Shown: in pieces, positions 24,046 through 36,050 of the stretch
How the letters are laid out: every line of letters starts with the position of its first letter
How positions within the stretch are numbered: the stretch's first letter is position 1
Assembly (NCBI RefSeq): GCF_902713615.1
Contig: NC_052158.1
Coordinates: 13,264,546 to 13,328,545 of the forward strand
Reading direction: 5' to 3'
Source of the DNA: Scyliorhinus canicula
Lineage: Eukaryota
Length of the DNA: 64,000 bases
Translations under genes and position numbers: made by a program
Notes under the pieces: generated by a model
The model's input: only the letters and a program-made list of their open reading frames with translations
Told to the model about the DNA's origin: nothing
Databases searched by the model: none

Positions 24046-24639
24046 TCAAAGCAGCCTACTCGCCACATGAAACATTCCCTACCATCTGAATCCTCTGCGG
24101 TAGTTCACCCAGGAGCCTTGACGGAGGAACCCGGGCCCTCCGTCAGCTGGCACACGGGAACACTTTGAAAAGTTCCCCTCCAAGCTATGCAGTGCACCAT
24201 CTTGCAACTGTTCCCTCATTATAGCTTAAAATGCTGCATTTCCCTGGCAACACCCTGGTCATACATTCACCACGTGGACAGCACCAATTTCTCAAACTGC
24301 AACTTGGAATGGGTAACAAATGGGTAACAAGCATTGCTATAAAACAAGAAAGAATAAGAAGGGGCTATATAATAATAAGAATAATCACTTATTGTCATGA
24401 GCAGGCTTCAATGAAGATACTGTGAAAAGCCACCAATCACCACATTTTGGCGCCTATTCGTGGAGGCCAGTACGGAAATTAAACCTGCGCAGATGGCATT
24501 GTTCTGCATTACAAACCAGCTGTTTAGCCCAATGTGCTAAACCAGGCCTTTATGCTAAACAAGCCCCGTGTGTCTAAGTGACCTATGTATCATAACTTGC
24601 CGATTAACTTTGTCAAATTGATATGTCACTGGGTTACAA

Positions 24640-24990
24640 ATCCTGGTTAATATTATAGGGGACTTTGGCTCAAACCCACTCATGGCACCTGATGCAATTT
24701 AAACTCTATTCAGTTTAAATATCTGGAATATAAACCTAATTTCAATAATATTGACCATGAAACTATCATTAATTGTAGTAAAGGAACCCCATCTGGTTCA
24801 TTAATGTACTTTAGGGAAGGACATCTGCCACCCTTACCTGGTCTGGCCTACGTGTGACTGACTCCACACCCACATGTGGCTGACTCCTAACCACACTCTG
24901 AAGTGGCCGAGCAACCCATTCAAAGGCAACTCGAGGTCGGTAACACATGCAGGCCTTGCTGGCGATGTCCATACCCTATCAACTAATAAA
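24640..24990 (+). mobile_element. Second SINE family (core ccatctggttcactaatg...agggaagga)
   Basis: Related copies at about 32455-32860 (+), 48380-48585 (+), 14925-15135 (-) and 60215-60400 (-). Confidence 0.6.
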
Positions 24991-25109
24991 ACAGCCTGAT
25001 TATGGGGAAGGATTTAACTTTCAAGTGGCTTGGGTTGGAAGTTCATCAGGGGTAACAAAGGACACCAGATAGAAATGGATCAAGAGGTATTATTGTTATG
25101 TGAGTAATG

Positions 25110-25630
25110 AAGCGGACAACACAAAAACATTCAATAACCGATGATTGTGGGATTGGTGAAGGAAGAGAGGGCTCGGAGGGGATTTACCAGAATGTTGCCA
25201 GGACTGGAAGAATGCAGTCTTGCGGAACATGTCGATAGGTTGGGGTTGTTCACCGTGGAACAGAGGAGGACAACAAAAGATTTGATTGAAATTTAGCAAA
25301 TGGTGAGGTCCCTAAATAGAAAGGATGGGAAGGGGCCTTTTTACCTTAGCAGAGAGGGTCAGTGGCCAGGTGATTTAGATTTGAAGCAATTGGTAAAATG
25401 ATTAGAGGGAAGATGGGGAATATTTTTCTCATTACAGTGTCGTGGAAATTTGGAAATCACTGCCTGAAAGTGATAGAGGCAGAAACCCTAAACTTTAAAA
25501 AAAGGTTTCTGGATATTCACCTGGAGTGCTGTAACCTGTAGGGTTAGGGACCAAGCGCTGGAAAGTGTGATTGTGTGAAAGTGTGGCTCGTTTTTCGGGT
25601 GGCAAAGTCACTGGCCTATTTCTGTGCCCT
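25110..25630 (+). mobile_element. Degenerate CR1 3' fragment
   Basis: RT C-terminal remnants (gagggatttaccagaatgttgccagg...). Confidence 0.7.
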
Positions 25631-25859
25631 AAAGTTCTATGATTATAGCTACTGATTTATCAAATAGATGACGGGGAGGTGGAAGCGAGATGGGAATAAT
25701 GATCTCTTGTTACCTCAAATGTCAGGGACATTGTAAATAAATTAAAATACTGACTAACCTAAAAGATCTGAGCAATATATTCACAGTGGTATCCTTAGAA
25801 TAGGCCTTCCTCCATTGCCTCAATGCTACTTTTGGAAATTATACTACATAATACATAAA

Positions 25860-26887
25860 CCATGGGTTCGATACCCCTTGGAAAACTGATTCTGGATTTT
25901 GGATTTTGTCATGACAACTCATCTTGATTTCCTTTTCAAATCCCGCTGGCCCTTTCTTTCTACACATCCTGTATACATATATACATAATACGGTAGCACA
26001 AATGGACAGCACTGTGGCTTTGCAGCTGCAGGGTACCAGGTTCGATTCCTGGCTTGGGTCACTGCCTGTGTGGAGTCTGCACGTTCTCCCCGTGTCTGCG
26101 TGGGTTTCCTCTGGGTGCTCCGGTTTCCTCCCACAGTCCAAAGACCTGCAGGTCAGGTGGGTTGGCCATGCTAAATTGCCCATTGTATCCAAAAAGGTTA
26201 GGAGGAGTTATTGGTTTACGGTGATAGGGTGGAAGTGAGGGCTTAAGTGGGTCGGTGCAGACTCGATGGGCCGAATGGCCTCCTTCTGCACTTTGTTCTA
26301 TGTTCTGTAATCAGGTAACCCAGGCTAAAGGGCTATCTATATTCTGAAACATTAGGTGTGGAAGGGGTTCCCGCAGTGTGGGTCGCTACTTCAGGACAGG
26401 CAGCTCCTGGGAACAATGGAGGCTGTGAAGCAGAGTCTCAGGTTTGACAGACCTGCCCGTTTAAACCGGCAGGATGTGTTTTAGTTTTACCTGTGAGTGG
26501 GGCTTAACTCAATGAGTTCTGATGTATGATCCCTGACTCAAACAGAAAATGCAAAATGGGAGCTAAATTGTTTTAGTTGCTTTGTCTGTTTCCGTATCCT
26601 TTCTGTTTGAACCCTGCCCCCAACCCCGCTTAATGAATCTCTCTCTACCACCCCTCCACCACCCCCCCATTACCTCCCCTCCCCAATGCCCAGTTCATCG
26701 CGGGGGTCCCACGGAACGTGAAGCAGTAAAATGAGGGCACTCAATCAATAAAGTTTGCATAAAATTTGAGGCAAGCCATGGGTTCGATCCTCCTTGGAAA
26801 ACTGATTCTGGATTTTGGATTTTGTCATGACAACTGTATCTTGATTTCCTTTTCAAATCCCGCTGGCCCTTTCTTTCTAAACATCCT
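25860..26887. repeat. ~110-bp direct repeat pair (25860-25970 and 26776-26887)
   Basis: ccatgggttcgat...ggaaaactgattctggattttggattttgtcatgacaac...cccgctggccctttctttcta, about 95% identical. Confidence 0.9.
25990..26310 (+). mobile_element. HE1/V-SINE
   Basis: Head, V-core and CR1 tail. Confidence 0.9.
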
Positions 26888-27138
26888 CATCCTTTTTTTT
26901 CCATGTAAAAAAAGTGAAAATCAAAATTCGCGCAGCGATTTACAATACTGACTCCTGGAAGGCCAGCCAACAGTGCAACTTCCTTGCCCTGCGCTTGGCA
27001 GCAATTACCCACTACTGGCCCAGTTGGGGAGTGGCTGGGGCCGGCTGGAGGTGCGGGGGGCGCGGTATCTGCCAACTTCAATCCTTCAAGTGGAAAATCT
27101 GCCTGTTCTATTTTGCAACGTGGAAGAGTGGGTGGATG

Positions 27139-27253
27139 CTGAGGAAGGAGCAGTGCTCCGAAAGCTAGTGTTTGAAACAAACATGTTGGACTTTAACCTG
27201 GTGTTGTAAGACTTCCTACTGTGCTCACCCCAGTCCAACGCTGGCATCTCCAC
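27139..27253 (+). mobile_element. Penelope terminal fragment with hammerhead core
   Basis: Same family as 37132-37339; CTGAGGA...GCTCCGAAAGCTA at 27139-27167. Confidence 0.75.
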
Positions 27254-27329
27254 AATAGGGAAAGAGTGAGAGAAAGAGGAGGGGCTGAATGATAACCAGA
27301 TGGTCTCTTTCTAACTACTAATGCCTGAC

Positions 27330-27990
27330 TACATGATGAAGTTGGCTCTAAAGATACTTCGATTCGACGCAACCTGGATAAGTGCAGCTCCAACAACACT
27401 CCATAGGATCCCAACAGTGCAGAAAGAAGCACCATCGATTTTACACCGACCCTCCGAAAGAGTACCCTAAAAAGGCTCACTCCCCCGCCCTATCCCCATA
27501 ACCCTGTAACCCCACCTAACCTGCACATCTTTGGACTGAACACCAGAACTTGGTGCCATCCAGGACAAAGCAGCCCCGCTTGATTGGCACCCCTTCCACA
27601 AACATTCCCTCCCTCCACCACCGACACACAGTAGCAGCCGTCTGTACCATCTACAGGCTGCACTGCAGGAACTCATCAAGATTCCCTACACTGCACATTC
27701 CAAACCTGCGACCCCTATCACTGAGACCGACAAGGCGGCAGGTACATGGAAACACAATTATCTGCAAGTTTTCCTCCAAGCCACTCGCCATCCTGACTTG
27801 GAAATGTATCGCCGTTTCTTCACTGTTGCTCGGACAGAATCTTGGAACTCCCTCCCTAACAGCACTCTGGGTGTACCGACACCACAGCGGTTCAAGAAAG
27901 TGGCTCACCACTACCTTCTCAAGGACAATAAGGGATCAGTAGTAAATGCTGGCTTTGCCACGGACATTTAACTCCCATGAAAGAAGATTT
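27330..27990 (+). mobile_element. L2/CR1-group LINE 3' end (interrupted)
   Basis: IQDKAARLIGTPSTNIPSLHHRHTVAAVCTIY-type coding remnant. Confidence 0.75.
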
Positions 27991-28064
27991 AAAAAATAAC
28001 TTAATTTCATATAGTTAAACAAAATCGTTTGTAAGCATATTGCTACTTCTTTATGTTTCAAACG

Positions 28065-28381
28065 GACACATAGAACACACAGTCCAGAAGGAGGCCATTC
28101 GGCCCATCGAGTCTGCACCAACCCACTTAAGCCCTCACTTCCACCCTATCCCCGTAACCCAATAACCGCTCCTAACCTTTTTGGTCACTTCGGGCAATTT
28201 ATCATGGCCAATCCACCTAACCTGCACGTTTTTTGACTGCGGGAGTAAACCGGAGCGCCCGGAGGAAACCCACGCAGAGAACGTGCAGACTCCGCACAGA
28301 CAGTGACCCAGCAGGGAATTGAACCTGGGACCCTGCCGCTGTGAAGCCACAGTGCTATCCACTTGTGCTACCGTGCTGCCC
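28065..28381 (-). mobile_element. HE1/V-SINE
   Basis: Full length, about 90 nt into gene A intron 1. Confidence 0.9.
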
Positions 28382-28472
28382 TAACACCTGACTGACACCG
28401 CAAGTCAATTAATGTGTTAAAGTCTAAATTAATCTGAAAATTCAATGTGAGATTTGGAAAACAGCGACTCAC

Positions 28473-28530
28473 CAATCTGTATAAGAATTGCCATGAAATT
28501 CAGGAATGCCCATATGCGAATAGTTTGCAT
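28473..28530 (-). CDS. NCR3: NKp30/NCR3-like receptor gene A, exon 1 (signal peptide MQTIRIWAFLNFMAILIQI)
   Basis: ATG at 28530 with A at -3; 19 hydrophobic codons plus 1 nt, then donor G|gtgagt. The phase-1 end joins the V exon in frame (G+AT = Asp). Confidence 0.85.
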
Positions 28531-28539
28531 CTTGATCCT

Positions 28540-28680
28540 TGTTCGGGAAGAGATCAGGAACGCACACGAGATCTGCCGGGATCCAAAACAATGTTGAAGT
28601 CAGCCAACAGCAAACCGCAGGCGCTGACGTGTAAGGAGAGTTGCCTGTGGTGAGTTCATATGGTGTAGCACCAGGAAGGT
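28540..28680 (-). promoter_or_regulatory. Putative gene A proximal promoter with RUNX, ETS and CRE-like motifs
   Basis: AACCGCA at 28613-28619, TGTGGT at 28646-28651, TGACGTGT at 28625-28632 and CAGGAAG at 28672-28678, all within 150 nt of the ATG. Confidence 0.35.
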
Positions 28681-29562
28681 TCAGCCAGGTTCCAACTGTA
28701 ATGCCATTCAATCTTTTAAGAATAACTGGGCAAGAGCACCACTTGGATATCACGCAGGCATCACCGAATACATTGAGGGAGGTGACCAATGGGTTCGATT
28801 TCAATTTAATTGTTCATACCCTTGAGCAGTGTGTGCAGACTGGGGGTAGAAACCCATCTTGTGTTTGTTCAGACAAATAGCGTGCACAGGGTCAGTGGCC
28901 GAGGTGCGAAGCCAGACCGAAACGTGGAAGTCCCGTGGGTGGAAACGGGCTCCGACAACCTCGATGGCGATATTGCACCAACTTGCAATTAATGAATGGG
29001 TGCTTGGTTTACACACCACGATCGTTCTGTTACGCCATTCAGCACTAAGACGGTCCTCTGGTTTTAGAAGGGTAAAACTAGGGGAGGAAATCAGAAGGGA
29101 AACATGACCAGAAATGAACCCGAAAAGTTTTACAATGACCGGTGGGGAAGGAAAACTCGCGTGCGCGTGATTTCAGGCACATAACATGGTTGTTGACACT
29201 TAACTGGCCGAGCAAACCACTCATAGAGTCATGAAGGTGTAGCATATAAGGGCGAGGAGGTAATAATGATGCTGTATAAAACGTTCGTTAGGCTACAGCT
29301 AGAGTACTGTGTGCTCTGGTCGCCACACATATGCCCTTTTAACTACCCTATCTATCAGTGCTGCTGCCTGCAGGGATCTTTGAACATGCAGCACCGAGGT
29401 CCCTTTGGTCCTCTGTACTTCCTAACGTCCGATCGTTCATTGTATGTTATCTCGCCTTGTCAGAACCCCCCCCCCCCCCCCCCCCCGCCCCCCGCCAACA
29501 ATGCATGACCTCACACATTTATGCATTAAGTTCAATGGATGATAATTTCAGCGTCCCTATTT

Positions 29563-29888
29563 CGGCAGCACGGTAGCACAAGTGGCTAGCACTGTGGCTT
29601 CACAGCGCCAGGGTCCCAGGTTCGATTCCCCACTGGGTCACTGTCTGTGCGGAGTCTGCACGTTCTCCCCGTGTCTGCGTGGATTTCCTCCGGGTGCTCC
29701 GGTTTCCTCCCACAGTCCAAAGACCTGCAGGTTAGGTGGATTGGCCATGCTAAATTGCCCTTAGTGTCCAAACAAAGGTTAGGAAGGGTGATTGGTTTAT
29801 GGGGATGGGTGGAAGTGAGGGCTTAAGTGGGTCGGTGCAGACTCGATGGGCCGAATGGCCTCCTTCTGAACTGTATGTTCTATGTTCT
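29563..29888 (+). mobile_element. HE1/V-SINE
   Basis: Full length. Confidence 0.9.
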
Positions 29889-31229
29889 ATTACTGAGCCT
29901 GGCTTTCTTCTCCAAATTCAATTCATTTGCCACCAAAATAGGTGTTTCCACCAAGCTCTTGGAACCAAAGCTTTACATTGAAATGGCGCCTCCCACGTTT
30001 AATCCAGAAATAAGAGCACCCCTGACAGAGCAAGAAGTGGGCAGTGTCAAGCCTTCGGAGTGGGGCACTGAATCCAAACCCTTCAGGTGGCGAGCCGGCT
30101 ACTCATTGACTGAAGACCCAACACTACAATGTGCAAAAGCTTTAATGTAATTGTGTTAGCCATTTAAATCCACAAAAGATAATCGGCTTGAAAGTTAACT
30201 AATTCCCTTTTCGTTCTACTTTCGATTCTTTAATGGAAGCAATCGAAAGCCATTTCAATGCTTCATCAATACATTTTATGAAGCTGACCAGAGAGAAGTG
30301 AAAACTTTCAGACCATATTCAAAACAACGAAATAGGGAAGCCATACATAAAGAAACGTGCAGATTAACCTGTGTACTCACGAAAAGGTGGAAGTAGTTTT
30401 TATTCCCTCCCAAATGTTCGACCATTCTATAATCCACCCTGCCTCTCTGGCACCCAGATCTATTCACTGTAGCCCTTCAACTCCCCTGTTCCCACGTTCG
30501 CTTTTGTTTCGAAATCACACACAAATGGGACACGATGTTCAGATTCTAGGCTGGTTACACGTCGTGTCTAAATTCCCGTTGCTGCGTGTGCATTTGAGAT
30601 TAATGGATGTGTTCAGAGTGCGGGTGGTTCTGTAAACAAAGGGCACGCATTAAAATAAGTGGCAAAGGAAATAATCGGGGGGCGGGTTAGGATGGGTAAG
30701 TATTTCAACGGGGAGGTAGAGTATGGGTGTTGTGTTGCGAATAAACTGCAATGTACTGCATGAAAGCGGATTCAATTACAAAAGGGAATTGGATACATAC
30801 ATAAAAAGGACAGATAGACATGGATATAAGGCCTGAGAATAATTACTACTTCATTCAAAATATCGTCACAGGTGCGTTAGGCCGAATGGCCTTCTTCTAT
30901 ACTGAAACATCCCATTTCACCCTTCGACTTTTTAGAAAGCGTGATTCACCTGGACATGTGAGTTGTGTCTCTTTATGGTGATGTACAATTTGCACACGCT
31001 GTGTTGCAATAAGCTCTGTGATCCGAGTAAATTACACAATGTTTTTCGTAACACTTGGAGATATAACAAAGAAAGGATTGCAGAGAAGTTCTGCTACCAG
31101 TAATTATATCATAACCTGTTGTCGAAAGTGACATTGCAGGGAGGACATCCCTCTCTTTGCTGGATGGTATTTCATATGTTCCTATTATTGGGGCTACTCC
31201 TGCCTCCCTAAATTAAGTGCGAGGTATTG

Positions 31230-31630
31230 TGATCCATCCTATCCCCCACCCCCTCCAATCGTCTTGTCCTCGGCCAGATTAATGATCTGGAAGGAACTGA
31301 AGGCACTGTTGCTAAATTTGCAGATGATACAAAGATCTGTAGAAGGACAGGTAGTATTGAGGAAGCATGGGGGCTACAGAAGGATTTGGACAAGCTGGGA
31401 GAGTGGGCAATAAAGTGGGCAGATTAAATACAATGGCCTGGATAGAGTGCACGTGGAGAGGGTGTTTCCACTTGTAGGAAAAACTAGAACCAGAGCACTC
31501 TATCTAAGGGGTTATGGGGAGAAGGCAGGAGAATGGGGAAGAGAAAAATATCAGCCATGATTGAATGGTGGAGCAGACTCGATGGGCCAAGAGCCTAATT
31601 CTGCTCCTATGTCTTATGGTCTTATGGTCT
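31230..31630 (+). mobile_element. CR1 RT and 3' fragments
   Basis: gctaaatttgcagatgatacaaag (AKFADDTK) plus tail. Confidence 0.85.
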
Positions 31631-31889
31631 TCACCAGATGGCGGATTCCATAACAAGTTAAGTGGCAAGTCCATGGGGAACCAGATTAGCCTCCATAGAC
31701 TGGTTTATTTTGGCGAGGTTTTGGGACGAATTTAATGTCAGTTCTTAGCAAAGAAATCCTGCAGTCAAAAAAATCAGAGAATAATATTTCGCAAAAGTAG
31801 ACAACTTCATCCTTCATATTGCTGCTCAATTGGATTCTCTTTTGCCTGTGGGTGTCCGGGCCTAGATCAGAATTCAATGCCGATCCCTA

Positions 31890-32420
31890 ATGCCCTTGAG
31901 AAGGTGGCTTGTGAGCTGCCTTATTGAATGCGCTGCAGGCCATGTGGTGCAGGTACACCCACAGGGCTGTTCGTAATGGAGTTCCAGCAACGGCGATACA
32001 TTTCCAAGTTCAGAAGGCCAGCTTGAAGTAGAACGTGAAGGAGGTGGTGTTCCCATTGTCTGCTATGTGCTACCCTTGTTCTTCTGAGTGGTAGAGGTCG
32101 CAGATTTGGAATGTGCTGTCAAAGGAGCGTTGGTGATTTGGGCAATGCATTTTGCAAATGCTATACACGGCTATCAATGTGCTTTGGTGACGATCCAGCG
32201 ACCTGCTGTGTCCTGGATGGCATTGAGCTTTTTCAATGGAGACAGGAGAAACACAAACGGTCAACATTACTGCAAAAGCCAGTTCTACGGAAGGGCGCTC
32301 AATCAACACCAATGCACCTAGCTACTGTGGGCCTCTTCACTGCGGCATTGGGTAAGGCGTTGCCCAGCACATCCATGTTGACGCGTTCCCACTGCCTTCA
32401 GGAAGATTGCATCCAATTTC
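31890..32420 (-). mobile_element. L2/CR1-group LINE 3' end
   Basis: Reverse complement of the same tail family. Confidence 0.65.
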
Positions 32421-32454
32421 TGCCACATCCCAAGCCGGGGCGACGATGGTGTAA

Positions 32455-32860
32455 TGTTCACATCACTGGGCTAGTAGTCCAGAAGCCGAGGTCAATCCCT
32501 GGAGGTGGGGTGTGGGGGGGTGGGGGGTGGGGGGGGGGGGGGGGGGGGGGGGGAGGTGTGGGGGAGGGGTGTGGGTAGTTCACCTCACCACAGAATCTGC
32601 TGTAATTTAAATTCCATCAATAACCTCTGGAATATAAAGGTTGCCTCACTAATGTTAACCATGATAACAGTCAAAACCCATCTGGTTCATTCGTGTAGTT
32701 GAAGGAAGGACATCTGCCGGCCTTGACTGGTCTGGCCTACATCCAGATCTACAACAATGTGGTTGTCTCTTAACCGGCCTCAAGCCAGTCAGTTCAAAGG
32801 GCAATTAGAGATGGGTAACAAATGCTGGCCCTGCCAAGCGATGCCCACACCCCATGATAG
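32455..32860 (+). mobile_element. Second SINE family copy
   Basis: Shares core and tail with 24640-24990. Confidence 0.6.
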
Positions 32861-33339
32861 AATTAATAGGGACAGGAATGAGTCTGAATTCAGATTCTGG
32901 CGCAACTAGCAAAAATCCGGTGCTTGAACCTTTTATTGCAAAAGCAAAGGATCTATTTTATTTCAAACTACCTGCCACCTTCATTTGTATCCTTGCATCG
33001 AACTCCAGGCCTCGCTGGTGCTGCAAACACCTTCAAAAGCTATACAATTTGGTTTATATTGTCCATCCACATATTCCCTACAAACAGCGTCACATTTGAC
33101 TGGAGATGTTCATTATTGGCTTCCTCTTTTGTGTGAATTCCGAAACCAGAGCAAATCTATTTTCCACGAGGCTCGGTTCACTGGAGGGGAAATTATCCGC
33201 TCATATTTTCAGTGGGGTTATTTAAAAAAGGAAGCGATACAAAGTCAACGCATTAGTGTAAATACATTCACTTAAAAAATAACTTTATAAAGTTTCACAC
33301 GTGAAACCTAATCCTTATTTCAAGCTTATTGACTAATAT

Positions 33340-33790
33340 AATTGGGCGGAAATATCTGATGCTTTTAAGAAAGACTTGTTCAAACTAGCTGTCGTCTGGG
33401 TTTGGTCGGGAAGAGAGTGGACAATCGGGAGAAATAAGGCAGAGTCAAGGCGAGTTCAGTGGGTCATGAGAAGGCTGAAAGAATGGGTCCGCCAGGACAG
33501 TCCTGTTTGTGAATTTTGGGGAGGAGGTAGATACGGGCTTTACGGGGCTGAGGCGTGGGGGTGGGTTGGGGGAGATATGCAGTTCGAGGTTTTGGAAGGA
33601 AGATCTCCAGAGGAGATGGGGTCAGTGATAGGCCTGAATACAATGGCGTGCTCTTCCTCGCCATTCTGAAGAAGGCACATCGGACACTAATGCTCAATTA
33701 TATTTCTCTTCAGAGATGCTGCAGGGCCTGCTGCACATTTCCAGAACGTTCTGTTTTTATTTCAGATTTCCGGCATCCGGAGTACTCTTT
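33340..33790 (-). mobile_element. Penelope RT fragment
   Basis: The ORF at 33464-33697 contains ARIYLLPKIHKQDCPGGPILSA, a PLE RT N-terminal motif. Confidence 0.75.
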
Positions 33791-34137
33791 TTTAATTCAC
33801 CAAATACATTTTGTTTGTTTACCCCGAAATTTAAAGTCAATGATAACCGCAGTCCGATGTAAGTTGATAATGGATCGTCGGCGGCTGTACCTTAAAACCC
33901 CTCGGGCCGTAAAATCAGATATCCCCTCCACAACACCCCGCTACTTCGAGTGTGTCCCTTCTTAACTTTAGACTCTGTGGTCAAAGCTATTTGAACAAAA
34001 TTGAGGGAGGGAGGAGGCGCAATGTAAATATCAGTTGTTCCTGATAATTGCAAAACGAAAAAGTGCACCATGTCCCATTGGTACGCAATTAAATTAGGCG
34101 CTGTTTGGAACCGCGAATACTTCAATCGCCGACATTA

Positions 34138-34650
34138 GATCATAGAATTTACAGTGCAGAAGGAGGCCATTCGGCCCATCGAGTCTGCACCGGCTAGAGG
34201 CAGCACGGTGGCACAGTGGTTAGCATTGGTGCCTACGGCGCTGAGCACCCGGGTTCAAATCCCGGCCCTGGGTCACTGTCCATGTGGAATTTAGGTGGAT
34301 TGGCCATGCTAAATTGCCCCTTAATTGGAAAAAAATAATTGGGTATTCTAAATTGAAAAAGAAAGAAGAGTCTGCACCGGCTCCTGGAAAGAGCACCCTC
34401 CCCAAGCCCACATCTCCACCCATAACCCAGTAACCCCACCCAACACTAAGGGCAATTTTGAACACTAAGCATGGCCAATCCACCTAACCTGCACATCTTT
34501 GGACTGTGGGAGGAAACCGGAGCACCTGGAAACCCACGCAGGCACGGGGAGAACGTGTAGACTCAGCACAGATAGTGAACCAAGCTGGGAATTGAACCTG
34601 GGACCCTAGAGCTCTGAAGCAATTGTGCTAACGACCATGCTACCGTGCAT
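34138..34650 (-). mobile_element. HE1/V-SINE hosting a nested poly(A)-type HE1 (34196-34367, +)
   Basis: 15-bp TSD GAGTCTGCACCGGCT at 34181-34195 and 34368-34382. Confidence 0.9.
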
Positions 34651-34689
34651 GTACATAACCAAGAGCCAATTTCTACTTGTAGAGTTATA

Positions 34690-35125
34690 GTCATGGATGT
34701 TTACCGCATGGAAACAGGCCCTTCGACCCAGCTTGCCCATGCCACCCAGTTTCTATCACTTGCCCACATATCCCTCTCTAGCCACCCTGCCATGTAACTG
34801 TCTAACTGTTTTTTAAAGGAAAAATTGCACCCGCCTCTACCACTGCCTGTTGCAGTCAGTTCTGGATGCTCACCACCGTCTGCGTCAGGAAATTTCCCCT
34901 CTGGTCTCATTTGTATCTCTCCCCTCTCACCTTAAACCGAAGGCCTCTAATTCTAGACTCCCCTACCTTTGGGAAAAGGTGTCGACTATCTACCTTATCT
35001 ATGCTCCTCATTATGTTATAGACTTCTATAAGATCACCCCTAAGCCTCCTACACTCCAGGGAAAAAAGTCCCAGCCTATCCAGCCTCTCCTTTTAACTTA
35101 GACTATCAAGTCCTGGTAACATCCC
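34690..35125 (-). mobile_element. CR1 3' fragment
   Basis: Tail motif gaaacaggcccttcg and RT C-terminal remnant. Confidence 0.8.
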
Positions 35126-35261
35126 CGTACTTGGCAATGATTCAGTTTACGTTGTGTTTTGTGCTTAGTTGGTTGCAAATAAGACGCTTCGGCCGCGAGA
35201 TCGTCAAACAGCTGGATTCATTGACAGCATGACATAAAGCATGCAGTGGGTTTGCTTGGAG

Positions 35262-35530
35262 TTACTGCAGAGATAATTCAAGTACAAGGGCACTTGATTA
35301 GTCCAGTGGATGGGGACCCGCATTTACATTTGAAATGAATACGTATCAGCCTCTTATTTGAAATGTGGCAATTTGATGCACATTTGTCCAGCATGCTGCT
35401 TTCGAGCCGATTGAGAAATGTGACTAACGTGTCTTTCCCGTCAAGAGAAACCGTGGCCGGAACCATGTGGCGGTTGTTTCTTGAGGTATAAATACAGGAA
35501 AGTGCACTGAAGAGGTAACTAACCCCAGAG
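35262..35530 (-). pseudogene. Candidate degenerate NKp30-like V exon
   Basis: Across frameshifts and stops: LPLQCTF...ATWFR....GK...HQIATFQIRG...CxxxxPxxG, ending TCTG-CAgtaac (gene A: ACTGACAgtaag). The 5' end is cut by a CR1 fragment. By-eye only. Confidence 0.4.
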
Positions 35531-35589
35531 TATATGCTGCACCCTCCTGAGATTCCATGTCCCTCAGAGTGCGCCGATGACGAGAGGAT

Positions 35590-36050
35590 CCTGAGGAGGT
35601 TCACAATAATGATCCCTGGAATGAAGAGCTTGTCATGAGGAGTGGTTGAGGACTCTGGATCTGCTCTAGTTGGAGTTTAGAAGGATGAAGGAGGGTCTTA
35701 TTGAAACTTACAGAATACTGTGAGGCCTGGGTAGAGTGGGCGTGGAGATGATGTTTCCACTTGTAGGAAAAACTGAATCCCGAGGGTAAGGGATGACCCT
35801 TTAAAACGAGATGAGGTGGAATTTCTTCAGCCAGAGGGTGGCGAATTTGTGGACCTCTTTCCCGCAGAAGGCTGTGGAGGCCAAATCACTGAGTGTCTTT
35901 GAGATGGAGATAGATAGGTTTTTGATCAATAAGGGGATCATGGGTCATGGGTAAAAGGCAGGAGAATGGGTATGAGAAACAGATCAGCCATGATTGAGTG
36001 GCGGTGCAGGCGCGATGGGCCGAATGGCTTAATTCTGCTCCTATGTCTTA
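35590..36050 (+). mobile_element. CR1 3' fragment
   Basis: Same subfamily as 9880-10360. Confidence 0.85.

Noticed and set aside
32960-33180. Possible terminal exon (acceptor at 33181, VNRASWKIDLLWFRNSHKRGSQ*, downstream AATAAA)
   Set aside because: Cannot be assigned to a gene or frame; the signals are short enough to arise by chance.
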